A stretch of DNA of 64,000 nucleotides from Eledone cirrhosa (GCA_964016885.1 OZ024740.1:231632001-231696000); one strand, 5' to 3'; positions 39,842 through 54,718 are shown, counted from the stretch's first letter. Made by a program: numbers and translations. The notes: a model not told the origin generated them from the letters alone.

Positions 39842-40217
39842 ATTGGTAAACGGAAAAGAAAATGCTGACAAATTGTTCACAGTGAAAAATAGTTTAATTA
39901 GGAATAAGTGATAATTAGTAACAGTATTGGTTAGTATTCAGTTTTGGTTTTGAGTTTTACCGGTTGCGCATTTCTAATGCTTTTCAAACATAATTTTGAG
40001 ATAGAGCGTCTGTGATGTTTGCTCTAATCAGATTAGAGCAAACATCACAGACGCTCTATCTCAAAATTATGTTTGAAAAGCATTAGAAATGCGCAACCGG
40101 TAAAACTCAAAACCAAAACTGAATACTAACCAATACTATTACTAATTCTCACTTATCCCTAATTAAACTATTTTTCACTGTGAACAATTTGTCAGCATTT
40201 TCTTTTCATTTACCAAT
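39842..40217. repeat. About 375-bp palindrome with a 1-nt loop, carrying mirrored U3-A8 hammerhead-like motifs
   Basis: Centre gctctaatc-a-gattagagc at 40030. The arm motif gt-TTGAAAA-GCATT AGA AATGC-GCAA-CCGG-TA-aaac lies at 40071-40106. Confidence 0.92.
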
Positions 40218-40255
40218 ATATCATAACTTGTGTGTTACACCTCTATTCTTTTTAA

Positions 40256-40322
<67 letters not shown>

Positions 40323-40324
<2 letters not shown>

Positions 40325-40760
40325 TAGCAGAGGTACCCAGCGTCGTTGCTCGGATATTAAATAGCAATTGTGTATACCATTTATGTCAATACTTCAGTGG
40401 CTGCTTCGAAAACTATACTTTTACAAAATCATCAGCTTTTTCCAGAAGGAGGTTCCTGCCCCCCAGGGGTCCTCTACCCAATATGTGCCAGTTCTGAGAG
40501 TTCACATTCATCTGTAGGACAAACGTAGCCCATGTGTCAAGTTTTGTGAAAATCGTTTGCGAACTCCAGAAGTTATGACGTTTTTGTTGCATTGCACTGC
40601 AGTGCTTCAGTCGACTCCAAGGAAGTGGTTAAAGTGGTTAAAGGGGTTATCTGCCGGGGGGCCCTATAATCAATGTCTGGAAAAATGACAGTGCCCATGA
40701 CCATCCGGAGTACATAAGTAACCTATGTCTTAAGTTTGGTGAAAATACTGTAGAAATGCA
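40323..40760 (-). mobile_element. Non-autonomous Helitron-like element (3' end)
   Basis: The minus strand ends ccgagcaacgacgctgggtacctctgCTAGt (hairpin + CTAG before T). Internal repeat aagttt(t/g)gtgaaaat. Confidence 0.55.
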
Positions 40761-41028
40761 TAAGGTTTATACATACGCGCGTGCGTTCGTGTGTGTGCGT
40801 GTGTGTGTGTGTGTGTTTTGTGTGTGTGTGGGGGGGTATGTATTTGTGTGTGGGCGTATGTATGTGTATGTCCGTCGGGGCATACGTATGTACTGGCCTA
40901 AATCTTCACTATTTACTTTTACTATTTTAATAACCTCTGTCATTTTCGTTTTCAATTTTATTTACATCATTCTTAAATCTCCGGGGCTGGAAATCATTCT
41001 GTTATTTTAAATAGAATATTAGTCTTAC

Positions 41029-41410
41029 GACTCCATTTATACCATAAACTTGGTCTTGTCTTTGCATGAAATTGTTCTTCACGCTCCACATAACGACGTG
41101 TTATCCTCTCTTTTTTCCCGTTCATTGCTAGGGAACGACTTCACGAACCAAAATATCGTCTTCCTGTTTTCGTTCGGTTGCAACGTTTCTCGAAATAATT
41201 ACTTCTGCGTTCACAGATTACTCTCAGTTCAATTTGAATGGGAAATTCCTGTTTCATCGATTTTCTCCGTTACCACGGGAAGATTGTAGCTTGAAAGTCG
41301 ACCCAACGCCTCCTCGGGTCATTCAGCATAACTGTGTAAATTTTCGCTGCATTCCACCAAGCCATTTCGACGTTTATCCGACTACACCTACATATACAAC
41401 GTCCGACCAC
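41029..41410 (-). promoter_or_regulatory. CpG-containing promoter or first-exon candidate upstream of the CaM-like exon
   Basis: X-box-like ATTGCTAGGGAAC 41124-41136 and GTTACCACGGGAAG 41269-41282. Minus-strand ATG GAG TC|gtaaga at 41036-41023. Confidence 0.3.
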
Positions 41411-42290
41411 TCTCCAATTTATATAGTAGATTTGTTTTATATATGAATGACAAAAAGAAAAAGTACAAAATTCTACATGAATTGTTTCTACTAAACCTTC
41501 AATTTAAGACACAACCTACATATTTGATAGGACTCCCAGCTCACATCTTCTTCTTCTTCTTCTTCTTCTTCTTCTTCTTTTTTTGCTCCCCCTGGAACAT
41601 TGGGCTTCGAGCCACCCCTATACAAACGCCATGTTCTGAGTCTGCTTTTCAACTCCACCGTGATGCACGGTGCGTCATGGTGTATCTAACCATTCTTTTA
41701 TGTCTTACTACGGCTGATTTCTTCCAGAGAGAAAAAAAGAGATGGAAAAATGCAGAGAAGATTCATCCCCGAGAGGAATAATAAAAAATGTTTACACTGC
41801 ACATTTCTTTTTTTCTAAGCTAAAGCTGCCGATCCAAAATCAGTAATTCAACTCCCTGAAAACTTTCTAGTATAAATATTATGCTAAGGATAAGCTGTCC
41901 ACAAAGTAAGATTTACTTGCATATACCCGCTCATATAAACACATAAATACATGCATACATACATGACAGTTGATATTTTTTTTTATTAAAGCGTTTTCAT
42001 ATGATATATATATATATAGTGACGAAACATAAGTCAATTGCATGAACTCATAATCCTTTATTTACTGCTTTATTTGTATGAAATTGTAAATAAGACAAAG
42101 GTATTAGAACAGGGGGAAATAACTCACCGATCGCGATAGTTTTGGGGCCCCAGCGACCACATTTTTCAAGTTTTGAAACCTCGTCTATTTGCTTCCTTGG
42201 CACTTTTTACATAGGTGTGTAAGTTTTCATGTGAGTCCGACCATGTCTATTACCGTGCACATCTGATTTCAACCACCACCCATTTCACAA

Positions 42291-42826
<536 letters not shown>

Positions 42827-43097
42827 GCTGGGTATCTCAGTGTATAGATATAGAATAGGTAGATACAGTGTGTAGAAATTGACTAAATATATATATATAT
42901 ATATATATATCCAGTTCTGCGTTTACAGATTGACTTTGTTAGTTTCAGAAGATCCCGTTAAGGGTGAAAGCAGCGATTCTTTGCTTAAACTTTAATCTGT
43001 TATTTTAATAAATATTTGCTCTACGGTTCTTATATATTTGATATATATTTTCCTTATCGAGCCCTCTTTGGATTTTAGTCTTCAATTTTATTATTAT

Positions 43098-43127
<30 letters not shown>

Positions 43128-43136
<9 letters not shown>

Positions 43137-43264
43137 ATTAATAAATGGAAACTATATTTATAAAACCATATTTATTTCATTATATATATTTCAAGGATAC
43201 CAAGTTAAATCATGAAATAAATATGGTTTTATAAATATAGTTTCCATTTATTAATATTGTATAT
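43128..43264. repeat. Perfect inverted repeat (about 50-bp arms) next to (TA)n
   Basis: tacaatattaataaatggaaactatatttataaaaccatatttatttcat and its exact reverse complement at 43212-43261. Confidence 0.9.
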
Positions 43265-43899
43265 CTACTCCAAATATTTGTCGAGTGCTTTATATCGGTT
43301 ATAATAATATTTGCTTGTTGTATCCCAACAATTTAAATAGAACTTTTGCATATATATATTGTTATACTTGGGGAGAGTCATATTTGCGTAATATTGCCAG
43401 AATTAATAACAGAACACACTCACTGTTTGGTTGGTTTTCGTTTCTCGCTGTCTTTTATATCTGCGATCTAACTTACTCGGTCCTCAATGTTGCCATTGAC
43501 TGACCGACGGTCAAAAATAATACAGATACAATATAGACACAAACACATATATATAGTTTACATAATTTACATAAATCTTTCGTTGCACATCTGCAACATC
43601 GTCAGTGGTGTTATATTCTTTGTTCCTCCTGTTGTGTTGTATGTCTACGCCATTTTTTATTCAGCCTGTCTATATATTTATTTATTTATTTGCTTGTTTG
43701 TTTATCTTATTTTATTTTGTCTTCTTTGCGCATGCGTTTGCGTGTGTGCATAGTGTTATGTGTGCTGTGTGACTAGTGTGTATAGTGTTGTGTCTGCTGG
43801 GTGACTAGTGTGTGTTTATGTGCTTGTTGTTATTGTGCTTGCGTATGTATAACAATATCTGTTTCGACACACGATTTCATATAAAAAACCTCGCTAAAC

Positions 43900-43979
<80 letters not shown>

Positions 43980-44189
43980 CGAAGCGGACGAGGTTGATAT
44001 CAAAAAGAGATATCGAACTAACAAAAACCAAAATCTATTTAAAATAAAGAGAACCATGAAACTGTTCTTATAATGTGAACATCTTAGCTTTTGTTGGCCT
44101 ATCAACAAAATCTCATAAATCCTGTGTATAATACCTACAATGCGTTCCAGGGCCAGCTATAGTTCATCAGGCATACAGACACACACATC

Positions 44190-44400
44190 AACACACTGTG
44201 TCTACACAGTCAACATATACAAACTGTCTTATTCATTCAACATCTACAAACTGTATTTACCCAGTCAACATCTACACATTGTATCTATCCATCACCATCT
44301 ACACATTGTATCGATTTAGTCAATTTCTACACACTGTATCTACCTATTCTATATCTATACACTGAGATACCCAGTCGATATCTATACACTATGTCTATTG
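44190..44400. repeat. Degenerate ~28-bp tandem repeat (ctacacactgtatctatccagtcaacat); older relics at about 48440-48560 and 49280-49560
   Basis: About seven recognisable units. Confidence 0.7.
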
Positions 44401-45722
44401 CCGTAGCAGGTGAAAACGATCAATGTGCTGGATGTTTCCTCAGGCTGTGATGAGAGTGTGATTATCATAGTTGAGATGGGATCAGTCGTTAGTGTGTACA
44501 GATTGTTTCTGTAGTCGTAATAGTAGTAATGGTTGCTCTGGTGATATTTGTCGTAGTGCTAGCTTCCTAATATTCTTAGGCGAGAACCATTAAATAGTCA
44601 GTAGACCTGCTACAAATAGCAACTAAGTTGCTCTTAAATTACAATATAATGCTACGTTTCTTAACCGTTTTACCCCTGTGGAACCCTTGAAATAGTTTTA
44701 TATCTCAGGAGGCCCCTGAATAAAAAGTATTACGTACCATTATTTAAAACGGCCTAGTTGTAAATAATATAAGAGGTCGAAGCCTTTATTATAATAACCG
44801 AGGATTTCCCAACAAGATGCCGTACATGTATAGTAAAATTACGAATATAAAATTAAACAAAAATGACTCAAAAAATCATTAGCTTATTTATCACTGTTTC
44901 TTACGGAAGCCCTACCGACCCTAGCGGAACCCTAGGGCACGTTCGATAATGCAGCTCTAGGTTCCCTGCACATAGGGAACGATGGAATGCTCACGGTTGA
45001 AATATTTTTAATCAAACGTTTGCTCAATCAGAAAACGACGGGATGGCAAGTGGGAGTATAAGGTGGTGGTGGTTTTGTGAGGGGGAGGGGGGGGGGGGTA
45101 AATTCAAAAGGGATAAGAAGAGGGAGGAAAGTTAAAGAAAAGTAAAAATGGTGTGGGCGGTTATGGTGCTAATGCTAATGTTAATGAGAATGGTGGTGAT
45201 GTAGATAGTAGTCTGGACATACGACGACGACGATAATGATGATGATGATGATGATGATGAGAATAGTGTCAGCAATGGTTATTATGATGATGACGATAAT
45301 GATAATGATAGTGATTATCATAATTACTATTATGATGTTGACAATGAGAAGGTGGTGCTAGATAGAATGAATCTGTTTTGCCACAAATCTCGTAGCTTCT
45401 ACTTCAAGTTCCTGATGATTTGATGACAATCAACGTCATAGGATCCTCGTGGGGATTGTAATAACGTGCGTGTATGTTTGTATGTGTGTGTTTATGCGCT
45501 CGAATGTGTATGTTTCTGTGTCTGTGCGTGTGTGTTTGTGTATGTATTATGTACATATGTATATGTTTGGATCTGTATATTTGTATATGTGGGGAAAGGA
45601 TGACTATGCTGTGTAGTGATAGTACCATGTAATTGTGGCAATAGCTGTTTGTTGATGTTATTGCTGTCGGTATTGTTGAAATTGTTGATATTTAGTCACA
45701 GTTCAACTTTGATCAACTTGAT

Positions 45723-46011
45723 CAGCCATGGGCAACATTTTCCGAGAAGCGGGGCGCATGAGATATGGTTCATCATCAGGCGGGCTGCAAGCGCTAATTT
45801 ACATTCGTGCCCACACTAAAAAGGGGCGGTAACTCAGTTTGTTTTGATTTGTTTCTTCAGAATTCGTACACGTTGTTTTCCTCGATCGTAAAAATGATAG
45901 AAAGATAAATTACGACCGAAAAGTTGGGGTAAAAAAATCAGAAAGATTTCACTTAGGTGACTTAGGCGAGCCATTCAGAAAGCTTCGCGGGCCGCAGGTT
46001 GCCCACGACTG
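45723..46011. mobile_element. hAT MITE with 8-bp TSD
   Basis: cagccatgggcaac...gttgcccacgactg, with TSD aacttgat/aactagat. Confidence 0.85.
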
Positions 46012-47342
46012 AACTAGATCTATGACCAATAGCATGTCATTTTAGGAGACTGCATTATTTAATGTCTTTTTAGAGATATTTGGCTGTTATTTCTAGCTAT
46101 TAGAGCGACCACGTAAGGGCTCATCTTCAGCTCGCGTTCACGTATTAAGTGTGACACACAACTATCAACTTGATATAATCATCGTTCCCGTTGTCATAGC
46201 TCTTATCACCATTATCAGCATCACAATGATAATGAAGATGACCTTGGATTAAACGTCACCATCGTAACCACCACCATCCCCACCTGACCCCCACATCACC
46301 ATTACCATAATCCTCATCATTGTTATCAACACAATTGTCATCAAGCACCGCAACCCCCATCACCATAAAGTTGCAGCGCTTTCGATAAAATATCTGCCCA
46401 CTCAGGGCTGATCTAGAACTAATCATCATCTTTATCATCACCATCGTTGTGATCATGCACTACAATCCTTACCTGTACTTGTATCCCTCGAATCCCTCAC
46501 TCTACTACTCCTAATCCCCGCGACCGCAAAATCACGATACCACCACCATCATGACTACTGCCAACATCATTATGAATAATACAATGTGAACAAAGGAATG
46601 ATGTCAACCACATTAATCTACTCAATTGACCACTCCCTTTATACTGAGAGGGTTAAGAAACTCACCATAATAGGCAAGCAGATAGTCGTTAAGGAAGAGT
46701 TTAGCAGTGAAGTTAGACAACTTGGTGATAGTGTTTGAAAGTAGATATGTTGGGAAGTGGTCTGAAGTAGAGTTGTATGTGTTGTTTAAATAATAATCCC
46801 GCCTAAGGATTAACTGGTTAGGATAATAGCTGAGGATTATAAGGATAACATACACTCGACAGAAATAACAACTAAGATTTGGTCACTGATAGAAATAAGA
46901 AACAATTACATCGTGGAAGAATGCTTTAAGCCATTTAAGAACATGCAAAACCTGTAATTCAAATTCTGTTTATGGTGTTGTAGTATGCAGTCAGTTATGA
47001 AGTGTCAAAAGGGTTCACCGATTTAATCATCAACATAATTCAACTTTCTGCGATCTGGTCAATTCAACTACATCTCCAACACGGTAGAAATTTTGCCAGT
47101 GGCCAAATCGTAGCAATGTTACGAAATAATCTGACGTTTTAAAATAGACTATACTAATAAGAAATAGACAAACAATAAATATAACAGTTTCTGTGTATTC
47201 TTAACTCCGAACATTCTGTAATGATTTGTTCAAAAATATTTTAAAAAATAAGTTTGTTAATTCAAATGTTTATAGTAACATTACAGTAAACAGATCATTG
47301 TGAAAATTTGCAGTATTGGAGTAAACACATTAGGCTTTAATA

Positions 47343-48055
47343 TAATTGTTTCTACTTTTGGCACAAGGCCAGCAATTGAACCAGTGTATTACTGGTACTT
47401 TATTTTATCGACCCCGTAAGGATGAAAGGCAAAGCTAACTAGGGCAGGATTTGAACTCAGAACATAAGGGGCCATAACTCTATACTGCAAAGCATGGTGT
47501 CTGACGCTCTACCGATTCTGCCAATCCACCGCCCTTTAAAATAATTGTTTCTACTTTTGGCACAAGGCCAGCAATTATCCCAGTGCATTACTGGTACTTT
47601 ATTTTATCAACCCCGTAAGGATGAAAGGCAAAGTTAACCTCGGCAGGATTTGAACTCAGCCGAGGTTAACTTTGCCTTTAAAATAATGGTTTCTGCCGAG
47701 GTTAACTTTGCCTTTCATCCTTACGGGGTCGATAAAATAAAGTACCAGTAACGTACTGGGGTCGATTTAATCGATTTTCCCCTCCCTCAAAATGACTGGC
47801 CTTGTGCCTATATAAGAAACCATTATTTTTACAGAAGGGCGGTGGATTGGCAGTAACGGTAGAGCGTCGGACACTATGCTTCGCGGATAATTACGTCCCT
47901 TTACGTTCTGAGTTCAAATCCCGCTGAGAATAGCTTTACCTTTCGTCCTTACGGGGTCGCTAAAATAAATCACCATAAATACACTGGGTCTATTTAATCG
48001 ACATCCCCTTCCACTCAAATTGCTGGCTTTGTGCCTAAAGTAGAAAAAATTATTA
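47343..48055. mobile_element. SINE family A cluster: two minus copies facing two plus copies across a rearranged junction
   Basis: Orientation switches at about 47659 (aaagttaacctcggc-aggatttgaactca-gccgaggttaacttt). Confidence 0.85.
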
Positions 48056-48589
48056 GAAGTAGAAGCGCTTTGCAGAGAACATTGGGTCTATGCATTTACT
48101 GTATCTAGAAAATCGGGTTTATGAATTTACTGTCCTACCAATAGGGATATGTTTTAAGTATGTAGTTAGGCGTCGTTGTATTAATAAATTATTTATTTTA
48201 ATCCGTAATCTAAAGATGATATGGCAAGTAGGTGTTAACCGCCTGAACCAATAAATGATGAATTGATATCTAATAAGTATTTAGTCGATATCTGTAGATA
48301 AACTCGGACAAGTTTGCACATGTAACATCTCTTGCTATGACGAATTGGGTTGCGTTTGTGAGAAACAATACAGATTTAATGCCTAAAGTCTTTCATCGCT
48401 CAACCTAACGAAACAATTGATTTTATCAAATGGACAAACTACTCAGTGATGATAATAGTGTCTATCTAATCAACATTCACATTTAGTGATGATCCAGTCG
48501 ATATCCGTTGACTATAGTTTCTCATTCAGTCGACATCTATAGTTTCTGTCCATCCTGTCACTCACCACATACTATTTAATAGTACAGAC

Positions 48590-49055
48590 CAGAGGTAGCC
48601 AACCGGTGGTCCTCGGATCACTGGTAGTCCGAGAGAAAATGGTGGTCAGCAGAAAAATTTGGACATTATTTGCAATTTTTATGTTTTATTAATAATTGTT
48701 TCTACACAAGGCCAGCAATTACCCAGTGCATTACTGGTACTTTATTTTATCGACTCCGTAAGGATGAAAGGCAAAGTCAAACCCAAAATAATATTCGGTT
48801 AAAATATATTTTATAACACCCCTAAAACATGTTTCTCCTCAGTAAAGGACTAACATCCATGAAAGAATTTTACACATATGTATCATCTATCGACAATGAC
48901 ACACGAACGCTTCAGTATTGTTTAATAAAATTGAAGTTCTCTGATCATTATTTTACAAATGTATTTATCTTTTTTAAAAAATTCATATTAGTTGTCCGCG
49001 GGATTTAAAAATATGAATTTAGGGTCCGTGAGGTCCGAAAGGTTGGCGACCGCTG
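48590..49055. mobile_element. hAT MITE with a perfect 8-bp TSD and a nested SINE fragment (about 48690-48780)
   Basis: cagaggtagccaacc...ggttggcgaccgctg, with TSD gtacagac on both sides. Confidence 0.9.
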
Positions 49056-51204
49056 GTACAGACTATGTATATTTACTAATCCGTGTGTGCGAAAGTCGGC
49101 TACAAAGTTCATAGCCTGACCAAGATACTCTCATGGAATGACCAAATGCGGTTTATTTTTCAACATAATCCCCGGAAAGAAGCAATGCAGTTATTAATAA
49201 GAAGAGTTGAAATTAATACATGTAAGATTTCACAACACTAACATCACTCCTTCATAGTCAGCCTACCCTCGTATATAATTTGACGATATTGACGGACTGT
49301 ATCTATCCATTTTTCATCTACACACTTCACTCTGCCTAGGCAATATCTCCAGATTGTATCTATTCAGTTATTATATACACACTATGTAATGTCAATCAAA
49401 ATAGTATTTCCAAACTGTGTCTATCCACGCTATGTCTACAGACATTATTTTTCCAGCAACTATATTTAAAATGAGTTTATCTCTAGACTAGATTTACTAA
49501 GCCAAAATGTACACACTGTATTATCTATCCAAGTAAGTATCCATAAAATGTGTCAACATCTAACGAATATGAATATTCAATGATGAATCATTAAATACCT
49601 TTATCCATTACAACTATCTATATGATAATAAATCTCATTTAATGATATGAAATATTTTACAATGTGAAATATTTTACAATCCTTTTAAAACATAACATAA
49701 CTCTTGACTATGAACAAAAACTTAAAATACTGAAGTTTGTAAAAACATTCTTATATTTAATTTTTCTCTTAACCATTCATAACATCCAGATGTTTACAAT
49801 ATTGCCGAAACTCCCCCCCCCCATCATTGGATAGGCTTTCTTCTTATGACCACACAATACTTCATATCTGATTAGCTGCTGCTAAATAACAACCACCACG
49901 CATGCCTTAGTGGTTAGCGCATTGGGCTTGCAATTGAGACGTTGTGAGTTCGATTCTCGGACCGGGTGATGCGTCGTGCCCTTGAGCAAGACACTTTATT
50001 TCACGTTGCTCCAGTTTACTCAGCTATAGAAATGAGTTGCGACGTGACTGGTGCCAAGCTGTATCGGTCAGTGCCTTTCCCTTGGAGAACATCGGTGGCG
50101 TGAAGAGGGGAGACTGGTATGCATGGGCGATTACTGGGCTTCCACAAAACAAACGTTGCCCAGGGTTTTGCCTCGAAGGGAAACTTTCTAGGTTTAAAAC
50201 CATGGTCATTCGTGACCGATGGGGGCCATAGAGAATAACAACCACGAACTTGACTCACATTAGAGTTGTCCATACGTCTAAGATAGTGCTGCTGATACAC
50301 ACCACTCACAAACAAGTAAGCATACAAACATTACTGTATTGAAAAAGAGAATGTAACAAATCGCCCAACAGATAGGCAAGTCAACGATCACCAATAACTA
50401 AACACACACAAATCATATAAAAACATTATTTCATTTCAGTAGCTCAATCACTTCAAATTCTCTTCTGTCCCGTTTTGCTTGGAGACATCACCTTACAGAG
50501 CTTTCAAGTGGACATCAACCATATAAATATTTTGTCTGAAGGGACTCGCAAGATCATGAGCATTTCCTATTCTTCCTAACATTGAAAAGAGAAAAAAGAA
50601 AATACTATTTCACTGACGCGTTGTATTCTACCTTTGTTGTGCTGTCATCATCCAATTCATATCTATAAGTTTCATATATTGATCAAGCTACCTCCAGACG
50701 TATTGTTTATATAAATTTATAATGATCAAATAGGCATTTAAAATAAAAACAAAATAAAATGCAGGCAGTAGAGTCAATGAAAATAAAAGTGATAAATAAC
50801 AAAACGTTAATTATAATATGGAAGAATAGCATAACAAATATTGTTGTGCATCTACGCATAACTGTACACATTATATAGACAAGTGTATCTGACACGGCTA
50901 CCAGGACACAATCTGATAGCAAACAGCTTGAATTCATAGATAATTGTCAAAAGGAAAAAGTTATTAAAACAACAAACTAGATACCAAGTCTCATATTTCT
51001 CGAGTGACTCCATGTATCTGAGTGTGTTTGATCTGAACACAGACAGGAAGCTGACTAATAATTTCATGAAAGTTCTGATGATAAAATATTTTGTTTATGC
51101 TTCTTGGTATAAAATGTCAGTCCATATCGATGAATGCTGCAGTCATTTCATTTGGTCATGAATTTACTTACAGGGAGTGGATTTCAGCTATTCATATCTT
51201 TCTC

Positions 51205-51358
<154 letters not shown>

Positions 51359-51520
51359 AATTTTAGTACAGCATTAACGAAGCTTTAGGTTGCGACCAAG
51401 TTAACGAATGCAAATTCGGTATGAAGCTTTAGCACTCGATAGGGAATAGTACCCCCAGAGTAATAACAATACGTTTAGACAGCTTTGCAAATCAAATATA
51501 GGGATCGGCAGTCCAGCCGC

Positions 51521-51534
51521 ATTGCCATAGCAAC
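51521..51534. promoter_or_regulatory. RFX X-box motif
   Basis: ATTGCCATAGCAAC, a near-consensus X-box in a short unique island. Confidence 0.35.
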
Positions 51535-51654
51535 GAAAATGGTTGGACTCAGGAAAAGATTTTAGACTGATATATACATATATATATATGTGTGTGTGTA
51601 TGTATATATATATATATATGTATGTGTATGTATATATATATATATATGTATATG

Positions 51655-51810
<156 letters not shown>

Positions 51811-51864
51811 AAAAAAAATAATGAATAAAACAATGAAACAGTTCCTTATATTAAACAAAAAAAG

Positions 51865-52007
51865 TTCATTATTTAACGATCGTTTCTAGGACATATATGT
51901 GTTAGAATTGGCATGCATATTCAAAAGATCTATGTACAAAATTATACAAACTATCAAAGAGAATATACATACCAACACATATATATGCTGTCTTCAGAAA
52001 TAATGAA
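51865..52007 (-). ncRNA. Type I hammerhead ribozyme
   Basis: ttcattattt-CTGAAGA...GAAA-CGATCG-TT-aaataatgaa, with a 10-bp stem I. Confidence 0.8.
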
Positions 52008-52620
52008 GTATATTTATTGATAATAACAACAATTCAAAATTACAGGTCTGTTTGGGAACAGATTTTAAATAGACCAATGAAATACATAAAAATTCATCAA
52101 GAAAATACAGTTAGGTGTGTATATATATGTAAGTAACTTCGTTCACAGATATGCATAAAAATGTATGTTCACATGCATACGCATGTCGAAAAAGTGTATG
52201 TAAATATAGAAATTCAGGGCTAATGTCTCTGTATGTTTATAATCCACAGACAAAATATACATACATATACATACATATATACACACATATATACACACAT
52301 ATACATACATTCATACACACACATGCATATATACATAAACACACACATACCCACGAACACCCACACACACATATACACACACACACACACACATACGTAT
52401 ATATTATTATTATAACTATATGGATATTGAGGCGCACACATAAACACGGCCACATACACTTACATCTAGATGCAGAATTAAAAGTAGGTAAGGGAGTAAG
52501 TAATTAAGGAGGGTGTCAGACTCAGCATATTTATAAAAATGTATCTATAAATTTAGAAATAAAAAGAAATATAATAAAAGAAATAAACAAGTAAAACATA
52601 TACTCATACATATAAATACA

Positions 52621-52671
<51 letters not shown>

Positions 52672-52942
52672 TCATACACACTTATTTACATCCGCACATA
52701 TGTATTTTTATACTCACATACAAACACACAAACATACATACATACTTACGTACACATACATACATCCACGCTTACAAATACGAATAATTATAGGGGGGGG
52801 GGGGAGGAGGGGGATTAAAATTATTAGTGGGAAATAGTAAATATAGGTTTCAAGGAACATAGAATATTAATCTGCATTTAAATCATAATATGTGTTTACA
52901 TCGTAGTGTCAGTATTAGGAAATGGTATTTGTAAAATATGTG

Positions 52943-53016
<74 letters not shown>

Positions 53017-53480
53017 TGTATTTATATGTATGAGTATATGTTTTACTTGTTTATTTCTTTTATTATATTTCTTTTTATTTCTAAATTTATAGATACACTT
53101 TTATAAATATGCTGAGTCTGACACCCTCCTTAATTACTTACTCCCTTACCTACTTTTAATTCTGCATCTAGATGTAAGTGTATGTATATGTGTGTATATA
53201 TGTGTGTATATATGTATGTATATGTATGTATATTTTGTCTGTGGATTATAAACATACAGAGACATTAGCCCTGAATTTTTATATTTACATACACTTTTTC
53301 GACATGCGTATGCATGTGAACATACATTTTTATGCATATCTGTGAACGAAGTTACTTACATATATACACACACCTAACTGTATTTTCTTGATGAATTTTT
53401 ATGTATTTCATTGGTCTATTTAAAATCTGTTCCCAAACAGACCTGTAATTTTGAATTGTTGTTATTATCAATAAATATAC

Positions 53481-53623
53481 TTCATTATTTCTGAAGACAG
53501 CATATATATGTGTTGGTATGTATATTCTCTTTGATAGTTTGTATAATTTTGTACATAGATCTTTTGAATATGCATGCCAATTCTAACACATATATGTCCT
53601 AGAAACGATCGTTAAATAATGAA
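53481..53623 (+). ncRNA. Type I hammerhead ribozyme (mirror copy)
   Basis: CTGAAGA 53491-53497 and GAAA 53602-53605. Stem II pairs catatat..gtgtt/aacacatatatg and ggtatgtatattc/gaatatgcatgcc. Confidence 0.8.
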
Positions 53624-53818
53624 CTTTTTTTTATTTAATATAAGGAACTGTTTCATTGTTTTATTCATTATTTTTTTAATGTTTTATCTTGACTCTGTAT
53701 TCCGTTTATCTTTCACCGAAAGTGATTTTTGAATGCATCTCTTCTTTCCATGATATCCGGATTACATTGAGTTCTTCATACGGATTGGACACTACCGTAA
53801 ACTTTTGGTAGATTTATC

Positions 53819-53851
<33 letters not shown>

Positions 53852-53855
<4 letters not shown>

Positions 53856-54107
53856 GAGATAAGCGGAGCAAGCAAAATTCAAACAATTTTTTAAAATAAA
53901 TTAAAACATATAATTTAAATATTCACCTATTCCATTTGCTTTTACTGACGGTTTCACTTCACAAAAGATTGGAAATCCTAGGGACTTCCAATGGAAATGT
54001 TCAGATCTTCGTCGGTAAAAGCAAATGGAATAGGTGAATATTTAAATTATATTTTTTAAATTATTTAAAAAATTGTTTGAATCTTGCTTGCTCCGCTTAT
54101 CTCAATT
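53852..54107. repeat. Fold-back element (arms about 100 bp) with a hammerhead-like loop
   Basis: aattgagataagcggagcaagc...gcttgctccgcttatctcaatt. The loop on the minus strand reads CCGACGA...ATTGGAA/TTCCAAT...GAAA-CCG-TC. Confidence 0.85.
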
Positions 54108-54213
54108 TTATAGTTCTAGTATGTCAAATTAATACTATAGAACAACCACTCTATCATAGACACCCTATATATTTCCAGGGGTACTTAGTTCCATCGGGAG
54201 ATAATGATCTCCT

Positions 54214-54244
<31 letters not shown>

Positions 54245-54477
54245 TTCTGCAAAATTTCTCGAAATTGGCTGAGTGAATACACGTGTTTTTTCCCAAAACT
54301 TTTTTCCTTGCCTCCCTCTACTCATTTTCTATCTTTCTATTTCATCTTTTATTTCTCATTCTATCTTCTGATGAAGCACTATTTTACGAAACATAAAGAC
54401 ACTTTTCCTACTATACCAAGCGTTAAACTAATATATTTCTTCGTTGTACTGTGTTGTGTTTTTTGTTTACGTTTGGT

Positions 54478-54616
<139 letters not shown>

Positions 54617-54651
54617 ATATAAGATCAAAAGATGGTTAAAGGAGTTCCATG

Positions 54652-54718
54652 TATTTTATTATGCGCATTTCAAAAACAAACATCATCATGCAATAATATT
54701 TGTGTTTTCATCAGATAA

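Noticed and set aside
42941-44176. Degenerate hammerhead-like motifs at 42946 (CAGAAGA-TCCC..GGGT-GAAA, +) and 44131-44176 (CTGATGA…GGAAC…GTA, -)
   Set aside because: Core or stem lesions; probably dead relics, too weak to list as features.
46473-46557. Strong minus-strand donor cag|gtaagg as a possible upstream CaM exon
   Set aside because: The phase-compatible frame has an upstream stop, no ATG and no CaM similarity.
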